DNA of 64,000 nt, from NCBI GenBank assembly GCA_050084985.1, contig JBITNC010000002.1:20832001-20896000 (forward strand). Direction: 5' to 3'. The DNA is from Nageia nagi (Eukaryota; Plantae; Pinophyta). The notes beneath the pieces are model-generated. The model ran no database searches. It was not told where the DNA came from and was given only the letters and a program-made list of their open reading frames with translations. The translations under genes were made by a program, and so were the position numbers. This document shows, piece by piece, positions 40,690-54,721 of the stretch (positions are counted from its first letter, which is position 1; every line of letters starts with the position of its first letter).

Positions 40690-41852
40690 AACTATGTTTG
40701 CATTATGCATCTTATGAAACAAATCCTAAGTCTTGTTTTATCCTTCCACATGTTTCATGTGTATATGGGCCTTTTTTAGGAAACCCTTTTTATGTATCAT
40801 GCAATCATTGCAAACTATGAACTTTATTTGCATCATGTATCTTGTCAAAAAAATTAATAACATTCAATTTACAAGCACTAAGTAGACACATTTATGCATT
40901 GAATTTAAGGTTTATGGGTATTTTTGCAGTGAAATTTCAAAGCTCCCATAACTAATACAAACCATAATATTCAATTTACAAGCATAAAATAGACACATCT
41001 ACATACCCAATTCATGATTTTTGGGTATTTTGGTAATGAAGTTCAAATCTTCCTCAAGATAGTCTTCTTGAACCATAAAATTCAATTTACAAGCACCAAG
41101 TATACATATGCACACACCCAATTTAGGGTTTATCGGTATTTTGGTAGTGAAGTTCAAATCTCCCTAAAGATAGCCTACATGAATCACAACACTCGATTTA
41201 CAAGAACCAAGTAGACACATGCACACACCCAATTCAATGGTTTATGAGTATTTTAGGAGTGAAGTTCAACACTCCCTCAAGATAGCCTACATAACCAAGA
41301 AGGCCAACAATGAATGTATAATGATTAATACTAAGATTGCAGTACATGCACAAAATGAAATACTTGTTGAGACTTTTAAGTAGATACAATTATCATGTGC
41401 AAAACTAGATACATGATAAAACACTATACTTTAAGAAAGTTCCAAAAACCAGTCTAAAAGTGGTAAGTCAATAAAAATAAGCTTATAATACTTAAAAAAT
41501 ATTCAAACTATAAATTTAAATGCTATGTTGTCTTACCTCCACAATAAGCATAATAAGATATAAATGTTGGATGTCTTTCCCTTATGATAACCTGTTCAAA
41601 ACATCATGAATTAGATAAATCAAGGCTAGCTACATTTATAAGCTCTTAGTAGATATATCATAATTATCCTTCAACATTGTTCATAATATCACCATGCAAC
41701 TAACTTGGATGCTTCAACATGTCAAAGAGTTTAAGGGCATCCTTTTTGTATTCATGAATTGCATATCCTATGATAATTGTATTTCGACAAACTATGTTTG
41801 CATCATGCATCTTATCAATCAATTCCTAGGCCTTGTGTATTCTTCCATATTT

Positions 41853-41895
<43 letters not shown>

Positions 41896-42527
41896 ATATA
41901 GAATATATATATATATTTAGTGTATCCTACAATCATTTTAGACTATGAAATTATTTGCATTATGCATCTTATCAAACAACTCTCGAGCCTTGTATATTAT
42001 TCCATATTTTTCATACATATCTATGGGCTTGTTCCAGAAAACCCATTTTGTGTGTATCATGCAATCATTATAGACCATGAAAATCTTTATATTATGTATC
42101 TTATCAATCAATTCCTAGGCCTTATGTATAATTGCATATTTTGCATACATATCTACAAACCTTTTTTAGAAAACCCATTTTGTGCATACATTGCAATCAT
42201 TGCATATGATAAAACTATTATGAAGCAAAATTATTTATACCATATATTGTAGGTGATTCTCAAGATAGTTTGTATGAGCCATAATATTTTATTTATAAGC
42301 ACTAAGCACATGCATGCACACATTTAATTCAAGATTTATGGGTAGTATGATAGTGAAGTTCAAAGCTCCCTCAAGATAGCTTGCATAACCAAGTATGTCA
42401 ACAATTCATGTATAATGATTAATCCTACAATTGTAGGATATGCAAAAAATAAAAGACTATAATATTTTTAAGCAGATGCAATGGTCAAGTGTAAATATAG
42501 ATACATTATGAAACACTATACTTTAAA
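40690..42527. repeat. Tandem arrays of ~120-bp and ~110-bp units in the CACTA leader (continue at 53148-54445)
   Basis: Recurring GCATCTTATCAA..AATTCCTAGGCCTTGTGTATT...AGAAAACCCATTTTGTG...GACCATGAAA (~120 bp) and CAATTTACAAGCACCAAGTAGACACA...GTAGTGAAGTTCAAA (~110 bp). Confidence 0.88.
41856..41890. repeat. (AT)n microsatellite, ~17 units
   Basis: Read directly from the sequence. Confidence 0.95.
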
Positions 42528-44485
42528 TGTAACAACTCGTCCAAAGACACTTGTTAAGACTCGAATATCATCGAGAATGTGAATGTGTTTGAGATTTAAT
42601 TATGTTGTGAGATGAAATTTTTTTAGTAAAGATATGCACTATTTGTGTCAATTTGTTGCTAGCTTTGATAGTTTATGACACAAGTTAAAGGTTGACCTGA
42701 TATGGGGAATTAGGTTAAAGACCTAAGGGACCAAGTGAGTTGGTTATGGGAACAGATTGGTAAAAGTGAGGAAATGATTAGTGTTGATTCGTTGATAGCT
42801 ACTATGACCATTGTAGATCATATATATGGATATAGTACATAATACATAATTTTGATAATGCCTCTGTATGTGGGTGTGTATGTGCACTAATAAATTTCTC
42901 TTGCAGGATGAATGGGTTGTCGTAAGTAAAAATGAGTGTTAAAAATTGATGTGCATTTTTGAAATTGATCAACTATTTGTAAGGAATATTTCAAATGTTT
43001 GAATTCAAATTTTAACCAAGGAATATTAATGAAAGTTAGTAAAAATAAAAAATTAGGGGTTAGAATGATTATTTGTCTTTTATTGGTAGTTGTAAGGTTA
43101 TTTTGACACCTTGCAAAAATAATTGAGTTAGCTTCCCCACATAAATTGTTTCTTTTGTTAGGTGCAAAATGATTTGATAAAATCTTTTGTTTCCTTTTGG
43201 AAGGTGTGCAATTATTTTTGGAATATATAGGAAGATGGCCCACACCCTCTAAAAATAAATAAAATCCATACACTTCATGTATGGAGTATATGAATTGGAA
43301 AAATAGTATTTATTTTGGATAGATTCTACTACCCTTAGACTATAAATATCTAAGTGGGTGACCATTAAAAACACACTTAATACTTCTCTTTTCTCCGAAG
43401 GTTGATCTAGTAAGACATGAAGAAAAGAACCTTCTCCTCTCAAGTTCAAGTGCCCCTCTTAGCATTTTAAATGCTAATATTATTCATATTATTTCATTAA
43501 TTGAATCATTAAGAAATCCTATTATTTGTATCTATTTGATATCTTGGATGTGATTGATTGTACTCTTTGTCCAAAAAGAAAAAAATACATATTTTAAACT
43601 ATTTATTTTGATGGTATAAGAATCATGAGTAATACATTGAATTGATATATATATATATATATGATGAAGATTCCCTTATGCTATGTTGCACTTTCACCCC
43701 ACCCATAGTTGTTCAAAAATTCATAAGACATTTTGTTTCTTAGTGCTTATCATGTTACCCTATATTACACTTCGATGAGGTAGTAAATTGTAGGCCCTTG
43801 TAATTATCTTAGTTTTGTGCATATATTGTAAACTTTGTATATCTATATGTCTGCAAGTCATTAAGGCACCTCCAAATAATCTACGAGCTCCTCAAATGTA
43901 TCTTATTTCCTAAGCACATATCATGAACCTCTTGCCCCATAATATTGAATATGATGATTCCTATAGTGCACCCATATTATGTATATCATGTGGTCATTTA
44001 CCTTTCATGAAACCCTCTCTCGATGAACTAGTGTTACACCTGATTATTGTCTACCCTGTGACCTCTACGATAGTATAATGGGGCATTTGCCAACAATTTT
44101 AGATACATTTTTGTATTTTGTTATAATACAGGATAAATAGCCTTGGGGAAGCATTTGATGAGGCTTCCCAATAAATAATTTGGGACCTCCTTTCATGTAT
44201 CTATTTCTGTGCATACCCATTGAACCCTGCGACTCATTTTGATGAAGTATTTGGATAAACGATTGGTAGGCATTCCATTGTAAGCACTGGGAATTCACTA
44301 GTAAAGCATTTTAAAAAATAGATTGTCAAATCCTTAAATAGGGCCACCCAAAGCTTACTCCTATGACCAGTATAGCCAATGCCCTATTGTTAAAATAATT
44401 TTTGGACCCTTCAATATTAAGGGAAGTCGCTAATCCATTCATGATATATTCATCCTAGTGCATAATATACATTTACAATAAATTA

Positions 44486-47400
44486 TGTTAACTTTAATCT
44501 ATTTCATATAAACTTGACCATAATTAATTTGGCAAAATAAATCAACAAAGTACTCTTCAAACTAGCAATGAGAAGTAGAAACAATCACACAACAAAATAG
44601 AGATAAGAGATATTTAAGTGGTTCATCCAATGTGGGCTACATCCACTAAGAAGCTTACAACCCTTATATTCATTTCTACAAGTGCTTCAAGTGAAAAACA
44701 ATAGCATAACCTTGCTACAACACTCACTTTGGACCTCACTACAAATCTCTCAAACTATGTCTCCAAGCTCTTCTACAAAGAGGCACCTATTACAAAGCTC
44801 TTGGCTTCCAAACCTACACAATGCAACCTTCAATCCAAGGCCCTCAATTTATAGATCAAATCTAACTCATATTAAACTTAATTTGAGTCAAAAATGGTGC
44901 TAGGTAATCCCTTCACTATGGGTGAGATTCCCAACGCTTAATGATGAAGGTAGGTGGAGAATTTTTTATTTTAATCCAAAATTTCATGCTCTCTATTTTC
45001 TAGTCAGTGTGTTGTAGACCAGTTTTGATGTGTGAACCTGGTACATTAGGCCCAACTAGTTAATTGATACTCTCCCTATCAACTATTCTAACCAACCTAC
45101 CAATTGGTTTTAGCCAACACATTAGTTAGTTCTTGCTAACTGACCCTCATCCCATTGGTTAGCATCTCACCCCACCAATTTGCTCCAGATGATCAAAAGG
45201 TAGGTGTGTAACCACTTGTTTCATATGTACTTAGAAATATCTATCCATTCATGAGGTTTATTCATCATTTTGAGATCATATATATCTTGTATCACCTAAA
45301 ACAAGATTATATATCATATTATTTCATCTTTTGGCTTGTGAAATCGGCTCCATACTCAACAATCTCCCACTTGGAGACTAATTTCATTATATTTGACTAT
45401 ACCAAGGATTGAAAGCTTCTTTTCTTGACCTTACTCCTTAAGGCCAACCAAAATTGAGCAAAATCCCAACTTATCCTTTATTACAACTTTAGTGAACATG
45501 TATGCAAGGTTTTGAGAAGTGTGCCTAACTTTACTGATCCATCCTCCAATGCTTTTCTGATAAAATGATACCTTAGTTTGATGTGCTTGATTCTAGAGTG
45601 GAAAACTAAGTTCTTTGTAAGATTGATAATATTTTGGTTATCACTCCATAGGTTTGCATTCTCTTGCACCTTACCTAATTCTTCCAACAATATTTGTAAC
45701 CAAATTAGCTCTTTACTTGCCTCTATAGTAGCAACATACTCAAGCTTCCGTAGTAGAGAGATCCATAACATGTTGGAACTTAAAGTTCCAACTAACCACT
45801 ATAGCACCAAGGGTAAAGACATATCTTGTAGTGCTTCTCCAACCATATAAATCAATTTCCATGTTATAATTAACATAATCTTATAAATAAGCATTAGATC
45901 CTCCAAAACATAATGAATAATGAGAAGTACTCCTTAAATACCTAAGGATCTATTTTACTACTTCCCAATATCCCTTTCCTACATTATTCATATACCTGCT
46001 TACAACTCCCACTCCTTGTGCTATATCTAGTCTAGTACACACCATTGCATACATTAAACTCCCAACCACTGAAGCATAAGGAACCTTAGTCATATACACT
46101 TTTTCCTTTTCAGTATTAGAAATTAAATGTGTAGTGAGTTTAAATTTTTTTTACAATGGTGTTGTTATAGATTTTGCATCTTTCATATTAAACCTTTTAA
46201 GCACTTTTTCAACATAGTCTTCTTGACTTAACCTTAGCATGTGGTTTTCTTTGTCTCTTGTTATTTTCATTTCAAGATTTTGTTTAACTTCCCCTAAATC
46301 TTTCATTTCAAAAGTCTTAGCTAACTTTTCTTTAAAATCAACAATATCATGCATACTACATCCTGCTACTAGTATATCATCCACATAAAAAATCAGGATC
46401 ACATAGTTGTCATTTGTTGTCTTCTTAAAGTAAACATAATGATCTAATTGACATCTAGTGAATTCATTTGTTAACATAAAATTGTCAAATTTAAGGTGTC
46501 ATTGTCTAGGGGCTTGCTTTAAACCATATAATCTCTTTTCCAATTTACATACATTACCTTCTTCACCTTTGACTTCAAAACCTTGAGGTTGATGCATGTA
46601 AATCTCCTCTTCCAAGTCATCATGGAGAAAAGTTGTCTTTACATCCAATTTTTCAAGAAATAGATTTTTCTATTGCAACAATACTCAATATTGTTCTACT
46701 AGATGTCATTTTTTCAACTAAAGAAAAAATCCTATCAAAATATATACTTTTTTTTTGTGCAAAACCTTTTACCACAAGTCTTACCTTGTGCCTCTTTTGT
46801 CCATTTCCTTCTTCATTTATCCTGTACACCCATTTATTAGTAAGTACTTTCTTACGCTTAGGAAGCTTAACCAAACTCCAAGTTTGATTATGAAGTAAAG
46901 AGTCCATCTCTTCCTTCATGGCATGCTCCCACTTAATCCTTGTTCTAGTTTCAATGGCTTCATCAAAACATTTAGGTTCACCACTTTCAGTATAAAGCAC
47001 ATAATAAAGAGAAGGAGAATAGCATTTAGGAACTTTACTAGTCCTTGAAGATCTCCTCACAATAGTAGGTGGAGTTTAGGGTTCTTGTTGTGGAGGAGCT
47101 TCATTTTGTTTAGGTTTCTCATGCTCGTTGATATCATCAAGAGTTACAAATCTTGGTTCCTCATTCTTTTCCTTTTGCACAACCTGTAACCTATCTTTGT
47201 ACATATTTTTCTCATTGAATATTACATCTCTACTTCTAATGAATTTATTGTTATCAACATACCATAATATATAATGCAAACCATCAACACCATATCTAAT
47301 GAAATAACATTTTTGTGACTTTGCATCAAGTTTCTTTCTATATTATTTATCAACATATGTAAATGCTTCACAACAAAAAACTATTAAGAATGAGTAGTTC

Positions 47401-50254
47401 ACCTGTTTCCCTATTGACATCTCTTTTGGAATGCCTCCATCTAAAGCCATATATGATGGACCCCTGTTAATCAAGTAAACAATAGTGTCAATAGCATTAG
47501 CCAAAATATTTAAAGGTAATCCTACATGTATCCTCATGCTTCTAGACTTTTCCATGATAGTCCTATTCATTCTTTCTGCAACTCCATTTTCTTATGAAGG
47601 GAACCACCTTAATTCTTCTAATGCCATTGTGTGAAAAAAATGTGTCAAACTCTTTGCTACAAAATTGACCACCATTATCAGATTTGATACATTTCAATTT
47701 AAGATTAGTTTCATTTTCAACCAATGCTTTCCAAATCTTAAATGTCTCAAACACATCAAATTTTCTTTTAATGCAATACACCCATGTGTTTCTAGTAGAG
47801 TCATCTATGAAAGTGACAAAGTAAGATGAACCACAAAGTGAGCAAACTTGTGAAGGATCCCATACATCTATATGAACCAACTCTAACTTTTTAATTTTCT
47901 TATCTTTGCCAACTTTTAAGAAACTAACTCTCCTTTGTTTTTATACACATAATCTTCACAAAATCCCATATCAATCTATGTTAGATTTGGAAGCAAGCAT
48001 CTTGAGTGCAAAATTTCATACCTTTCTCACTCATGTGCCCAAGCCTATTGTGCCATAGTGTTGCATTTTCACCTATTGAAACAAGATTCATGGAGTAATC
48101 AAAGACATTTGTGAGTAAGTAAAGAGTGCCAACCAAATTGCCCTTTGCAACTACCAATGAACCTTTTGTTACTCTCCAACTAGAATTACCAAATGTAATC
48201 ACATATTCTTATCTAATTTGCTTGTTGATATAAGATTTATTTTAAGATTTGGAATATGTTTAACATCATAAAGAGTCCATTTTTATCCATTAGGTAATTT
48301 CATTATTATATTTCCTATACCGACAATCTTGCATGGGTGTTCATTACATAATAATACTTCACCAAAATCACCTTATGTGTAATTTGTGAAATATGCTTTA
48401 TGATAAGTAGCATGATATGAAGCACCTAAATCAAGCACCCAATAATCATCATTCTTATCAAGAGACATAATTAAAGCATCTTACATTATTTCCCCAATAA
48501 TATTAGCTTCTTGATTACTTGTACTTTCATTGTTATTATTGCTATCTTCTACATTTTTACCTCTCAAACTCCAACAATCCTTTTTAAGATGACCCTTTTT
48601 ACCACAATTCCAACATTCCATCTTACCTTTGCCTCTAGATTGTGATCTTCCCTTGGATTTGCCTCTTGAATTTCTTCTTCTCCTTTGCTTTAATCTTCCT
48701 CTTATCTCCATTAAAAGAGACACACTTGAACTTTCACCTGTAGAATTTCTTCTCATATCTTCATTTAAAATTGTTCCAACAATTTCATCAAAGACCAAAG
48801 TTGCATTAGAAGAGTTACTAACAACCATAACAAAGCTATTACAACTATCCAATAAAGAACACAATAATAGAAAAGCTCTTATTTCATCTTCAAACTCTAT
48901 TTTGACTAAAATTAATTGATTTGTGACTATATTGAATTCATTAACATGATCTTGAGTTGAACTACCATCATTAATCTTCATGTTAAATAGCTTCTTCATC
49001 AAATAAAATTTGTTAGATGTGGATGGTTTTTCATACATTTTTGGAAGTTTATCCATTACTCCTTTAGTATTTTTCTCATTGGAAATGTTGAAAGCTACAC
49101 TAGAACTTAAACAAAATCTAACAACCCTCAAAGCTTTTCTATCCAACAAATTCCACTCCTCATCACTCATGGATGAGGATTTCTTACATTTATATTTAAG
49201 AGGTCAGTGAGATCCTTTTGGTAGAGGTAGTATTCCATTTGCATTCTTCAAAACTAAAATCCATGCCCATTAAACCTTTAAACCTTTAGCCTCCCTTCTT
49301 CAATCATAATGATCTCCTTGGTTCCAATCTACACACAAGATTCACCAGGCAAAATCTAATAAAAAAACAAGCTTGATACCACTTGTTGAGTTTAATATAT
49401 TTCATATAAACTTGAGCATAATGAATTTGGAAAAATAAATCAATAAAGTACTCTTTAAACTAGCAATGAGAAGTAGAAACAATCACACAACAAAATAGAG
49501 ATAAGAGAGATTTAAGTGGTTCATCCAATGTGGGATACATCCATTAAGAAGCTTCCAACCCTTGTATTCACTTATCCAAGTACTCCAAGTTAAAACCAAT
49601 AGCATAACCTTGCTACAACACTCACTTTGGACCTCACTACAAATATCTCAAACTATCTCTCCAAGCTCTTCTATAAAGAGGCACCTATTAGAAAGCTCTT
49701 AGCTTTCAAACTACACAATGCAAACTTTCCAAGGCCCTTAATTTATAGATCAAATCTAATTTACATTAAACCCAATTTGAGTCAAAAATGATGTTGGGTA
49801 ACCCCTTCACTATGGGTGAGATTCCCAAGGCTTAATGATGAAGGTAGGTGGATAATTTTCTATTTTAATTCGAACTTTCATGCTCTTTATTTTCTATTTG
49901 ATGTGCTACGAATTGATTTCAATGTGAGAACCTGGTTCATCAGGCTTGGCTAGTCAATTGATACTCTCCCTATCGATTGTTCTAACAGGCCTACTGGTTG
50001 AGTTTAGTTGGTGCACTAGTAGTTCTTAATAGTCAACCCTCATCCCATCGGTTAGATTCTCACCCCACCAATTTGTGCCAGATGATCGAAAGGTAGGTGT
50101 GTGACCACTCTTTTTGCATTTACTTTGAAAAATCTATCCATTCTTGAGGTTTATTCATAATTTTGAGATCATATATATATTGCATCACCTCAAACAAGAT
50201 TATATATCATATTATTTCATCTTTTGGCTTATGAAATCAGCTCCATACTCAACA
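44486..50254 (-). mobile_element. Complete but degenerate Ty1/copia, Tork/Tnt1-like, 5769 bp
   Basis: LTRs at 44486-45361 and 49384-50254 (TG..CA); TSD AATTA (44481-44485, 50255-50259); tRNA-iMet PBS (plus GCTTGATACCA, 49371-49381); PPT (minus CCAAGTGGGAGAT, 45362-45374). Confidence 0.96.
45430..49307 (-). pseudogene. Degenerate copia gag-pol polyprotein
   Basis: Gag EWNLLDRKAL...YEKPSTSNK...CWNCGKKGHLKKDC; pre-INT LWHNRLGHMSEKGM; INT VHIDVW...YFVTFIDDSTR...SDNGGQF; RT KVRLVVKGFAQK, FYVDDILV; RH FHSRIKHIKLRYHFIR. Frameshifted. Confidence 0.95.
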
Positions 50255-53200
50255 AATTATGAGAATAGTTTTTCAAAAAGATTTATAGTCATATGTTGAA
50301 ATCTCCTTTATTTGCATGCCATATCATGTAGTTTAGAATTTTAATGTAAAAATCTTATAATTGTATTTAATGAATTTATTTTTACTAAATACCATGCTTG
50401 ATTTTGGTTAAGTACCTATAATTAATGTGAGTATTGTTACTATATATTATTATGTGAGAACATGGAATGTATTTAACATTAATATCAATGAAAATTGATT
50501 TAATGTGAAGTCACTAGATAATATGACTAAGAAATGATGTTACCCTAATACCAAGGAAGAGAGGTCATTCCAAAGGGAACACAAATCCTCTTGAAGTATA
50601 TGGATTATTTTGTATTATTAATATGGATTAAGACTTAATTATAATCATATGTATCTTGGTCAAGAAAGAGTGCTTTCCTAATCCTCATTACTCGTAAGCC
50701 TCTCCTAGTACTCAAGATCAATGAACCTTGGATCCTTGGAAGATTTCGATAGTCGAAGATGGAAAGGAGCTACCTCAAAAAAGATAAATGATTAGTGAAG
50801 GTATTCAATATATTTGTAATAATATGATGTAAATTTCCTATGGTAAATACCTATGCATCACAATGTATTAATACAATCATGTAGAATTATTAATCATAAG
50901 AATAGTTATGATTCACATTGTAAACCTATTGGAAATTATCCTATGTAATGAGATGTTCATTAAGGTAATTTAAATGATACTTAGAACTTGATTTCAAAAT
51001 TATTTCCACATGGGTTGATAAATAATTATGTAAACATATATTATACACTTTGAAATATGTAAGACTAAATATCTACTTATTATAAAACAAAACAATGGCC
51101 ATGAGTGTAGATATGGATTAATGTATTTAAAGTAATAATAGGTTAAGAATGTCTCAATCCATCATGAAAATGAATTCAATAAAAGGGAAGGAATTCCCTG
51201 ATATGAATATAATCAATTGATGGCTCATTGCAACAAAAGACTTAGTAATTAAAGAATTTTGGGAAAACACTATCAATCCTTAACCATTTATAACTGGATC
51301 AAAAAGGATAACTTAGTATAAAATCAAAAGTATAAAATATACTGTAATATGGGAGAATATAACATATAGTGAGAGGCACAAATATTAGAGGAAGAAAACA
51401 TATATCTTAGTTATGAATATGAGGATAATTCTAATGTCCCTAAAGAAATCATAAGCTAAGGATGTAACCTATATTATGGACTTCGACTCAACTAGGAGAA
51501 AACATATCTATTATGAAGAAAACAAAGTCATACATATGCTACAACTAAGAGTAGATTGATAATAAATATGGTATAGCACCATGGATCCTTAGACACTTGT
51601 AAATAGATCTAGTAGGATAGTCTAGTGTCAAGATGATATGATCTATGATTCATGCATAGATAATGAATAAGAAGCTAACACATAAAAAAAGATATGTACC
51701 ATTAGGATAAAAAGGGAAAGTTGATAACTTGGTTAGAATTAAATTTTGACTCAAACCTATCATTGGTACAATTGCCTCAATGCATTGAATAAAAAATAAG
51801 CAATTGCTTCTAAGTGAAAAGAATCCTTATAGGTTTGGATGCAACTTAGTACAATAGTGAGTTTTGAAGTAAAATATATGAAGATGATCTAAATTAGCAG
51901 ATTAATGCAGGTCTCAATCTTGATGTAAACTTATGGATTATCTCAATGATGAGGATAATTATATAGAACATTTATTAGTCAAACTCTTAGCCACTAAAGA
52001 ACATGTAAAAAGAATATTCCTTGATTGGGGACCACTTTACACCACACTTCTTTGTTAGAAGTAGTTGACTTTAGTATCAACTTAAGGCTCATTATTAAAT
52101 TCTATCATGTGAAATTATTATAAAGTAGTACTTCACATGCTACACCATGTATATGGGACAATTATAGTACTTTCAAATATTCTTAGTGACTTCCTAAATA
52201 AGTTTGATTTGAAACTTCTTGCATAAGTGAATAAATTTATTATTGGTTAGATTTAAATGCAAAAGATGGTTTTTTTATCATGAATTTAGAATAAGGTAAC
52301 ATCTAATTTTTGGTACAAGAATGAAACCTCGATAATTGACCCAAGATCAATTATTTCTAAGATCGATAGGATATGGGGTGATCTTAGTTTATAATCTTGC
52401 TAAAAACTTATTGGAATATACAAGCCACTCAAGGGTATTGCTCTAATACCCATGAATACCCAAGATATGGGCATGGGGATGTTGGACCCATGGTGAGCCT
52501 AGCTGATAGATATGGATAGGCTAGTGTCTTATATCCTTGATAGGGTGTCAAATGAGGGTAGCAACTGATAAACCACAATTACTAAATGAGGATAATTTAG
52601 TAGTTATATTACTTGTAGTTTAACATAAGAGTATGAAAATTGTTCCATAGGTGATGATGCTTACCCATTCACAAAGAATATTTCCTAGGATAATCTATCT
52701 ACTCCTATGAATTAGAGGGTTATCATCGAAGGAGGATGCATAACCTAGTGGATGTACATTATCTTGGGTGATATGGGCCCCAAGTAGGAAACCACTATGC
52801 CATGACCAAAATATCCATTGCACAGTTCATGACCAAAAATTATGGGGTCACTTATAAGGCATATCTTAATGGGATGAACATTGTGGAGTGAACACCAGAA
52901 GAAACTTGATTAGGGTTGGCTAATCTAGATTTGACCAACCTTTCCATGTGAGTGTTGACTAGCTAGCAACATCAATATGCTCATATGGATCACCTAGTCC
53001 ATTCCTAGATCATTCGAGTGTTTAAAATAATAAAAAAAATTAAGTTTGAAATTTAAAAAAAAAAATTAGGTCTAAAATTTTAGGGTTTGTGATGATGGGA
53101 AATGGTGAAAACATTATCAAGAATATACGTGGTAGTGCTACATTAAAAAAGTATCAAAAACTAATCCAAAAGTGGTAAGTTGATAAAAAAATGCTTGTAT

Positions 53201-54721
53201 ACTTAGTAATTGTTCAAACCAAAAATTTAAATGCTATGTTGTATTATGTCCATAATAAGCATAATAAGATAGAAAGGTTGGATGTATTTTCCCCAAGATA
53301 ACCTATTCAAAACATCATGAATTAGATAAGTTAGAGCTACATTTAGAAGCTCTAAATAAATGTATCATAGTTATGCTTAAACATTGTTCATAATGTTACC
53401 ATATAACCAACCTAGATGCTTCAAAAATATAATATGAAATGATCCAAATTCATCATATGATAAGAAATTGTGTACTTTTAAGCAAATGCATGATGTAAGG
53501 CCTAGGAATTATTTGATGTAAACATGGCTTTATAATATTTCATTTTGTGCTATCATAGATCATTGCAGTCCAAGAGATTGCATCTTGATGAGGTGTTTTA
53601 TCAAACAAAGCATGGGTCTTTTCAATGTATCCATTTTGTACATACCATGATAGTGTGTTTGCATCATGTTATGTATATCCTGTGATCATTATAGTCCTTG
53701 AAATTATGGTATAATGAATGTCTCTAAATGCCACTTGCATCTTGTTGTTGATGTGGATTTGACAAGATGCAACTTATGTTCAAAGATATCCATTACACCA
53801 CATGGCTATAAATACTTTAATAGAATGACCAATTCTTATTGCATTAATCTTGAGATGCATTATTAGAAAATTATGCTCATATTCCTAGACCTTGTGTATT
53901 TTTCCATATTTTGCAAACATTTCTATAGGCATTTTTTAGAAAATCCATTTTATACATACCTTACAATAATTATAGACCATGAAACTGTTATGATATAGGC
54001 CATGCAATGAAGGAACCCATAACATGTTCCATTGTTCAACCTAGAAGTTAAATGCTATGTTATCTTACCTCCATAATAAGCATAATAAGATATAAAGATT
54101 GGATGTATTTCCCCTAGGATAACCTATTCAAAACATCATGAATTGGATAAGTAAGGGCTAGCTACATTTAGTAGATATATCATTGTTATGCTTCAACATA
54201 CAATCAACCTTGATGCTTCAATAGGTCACAAAGTTTAAGGGAATCCTTGTTGTAGCTATGAATTACATATCCTCTAATAATTGCATTCTAAGAAACTATG
54301 TTTGCATCATGCATATTATCAAATAATTCCCAAGCCTTATATAGTCTTCCAAATTTTACATACATGTCTATGGTCCTTTTCTAGAAAATCTATTTTTTGT
54401 GTATCCTACAATCATTACAGACCATGAAATTGTTTGCATCATGCAAAGCAATTCATTATCAACAAGAGCACATGCCTTGATTTCCATTCTATGAGTGTAT
54501 TTGGTATTGAATCTAAATTCTTTATTAGAGCAAAGAGTTTAATATTATCAGTACCTTACTTGGTAGATAATACACTCATTTAATGTTGTGTTTATAATGA
54601 TATCATATAGACATATTTTTATGTAGAGAAAAAGTTGTTTGTCTTGGAATGGATCAAGTTTAAATTTTACATTTATCTATGATATGTAGATAGTTTTAAG
54701 GATATTTTTTTATCAAGAATT

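Larger units (their letters stand above)
42528..53142 (+). mobile_element. Giant solo LTR (~4.84 kb net) with a nested copia
   Basis: TGTAACAAC...GTGCTACA ends; TSD TTAAA (42523-42527, 53143-53147). The flanks rejoin to match the uninterrupted copy at ~37080-37120. Homologous to 56012-60906. Termini resemble Tekay/Del-type gypsy LTRs; orientation and lineage are inferred. Confidence 0.88.

Noticed and set aside
44065-44400. Faint LINE RT-like translation (GFPINNLGPPFMYL) in solo LTR 1
   Set aside because: Too short and degenerate to support without a search.
52495-52550. Hammerhead ribozyme (retrozyme) core in the structured LTR domain
   Set aside because: CTGATAGA...hairpin...GATAG only loosely resembles CUGANGA...GAAA; both copies lack the invariant GAAA, and copy 2 also lacks CUGA.
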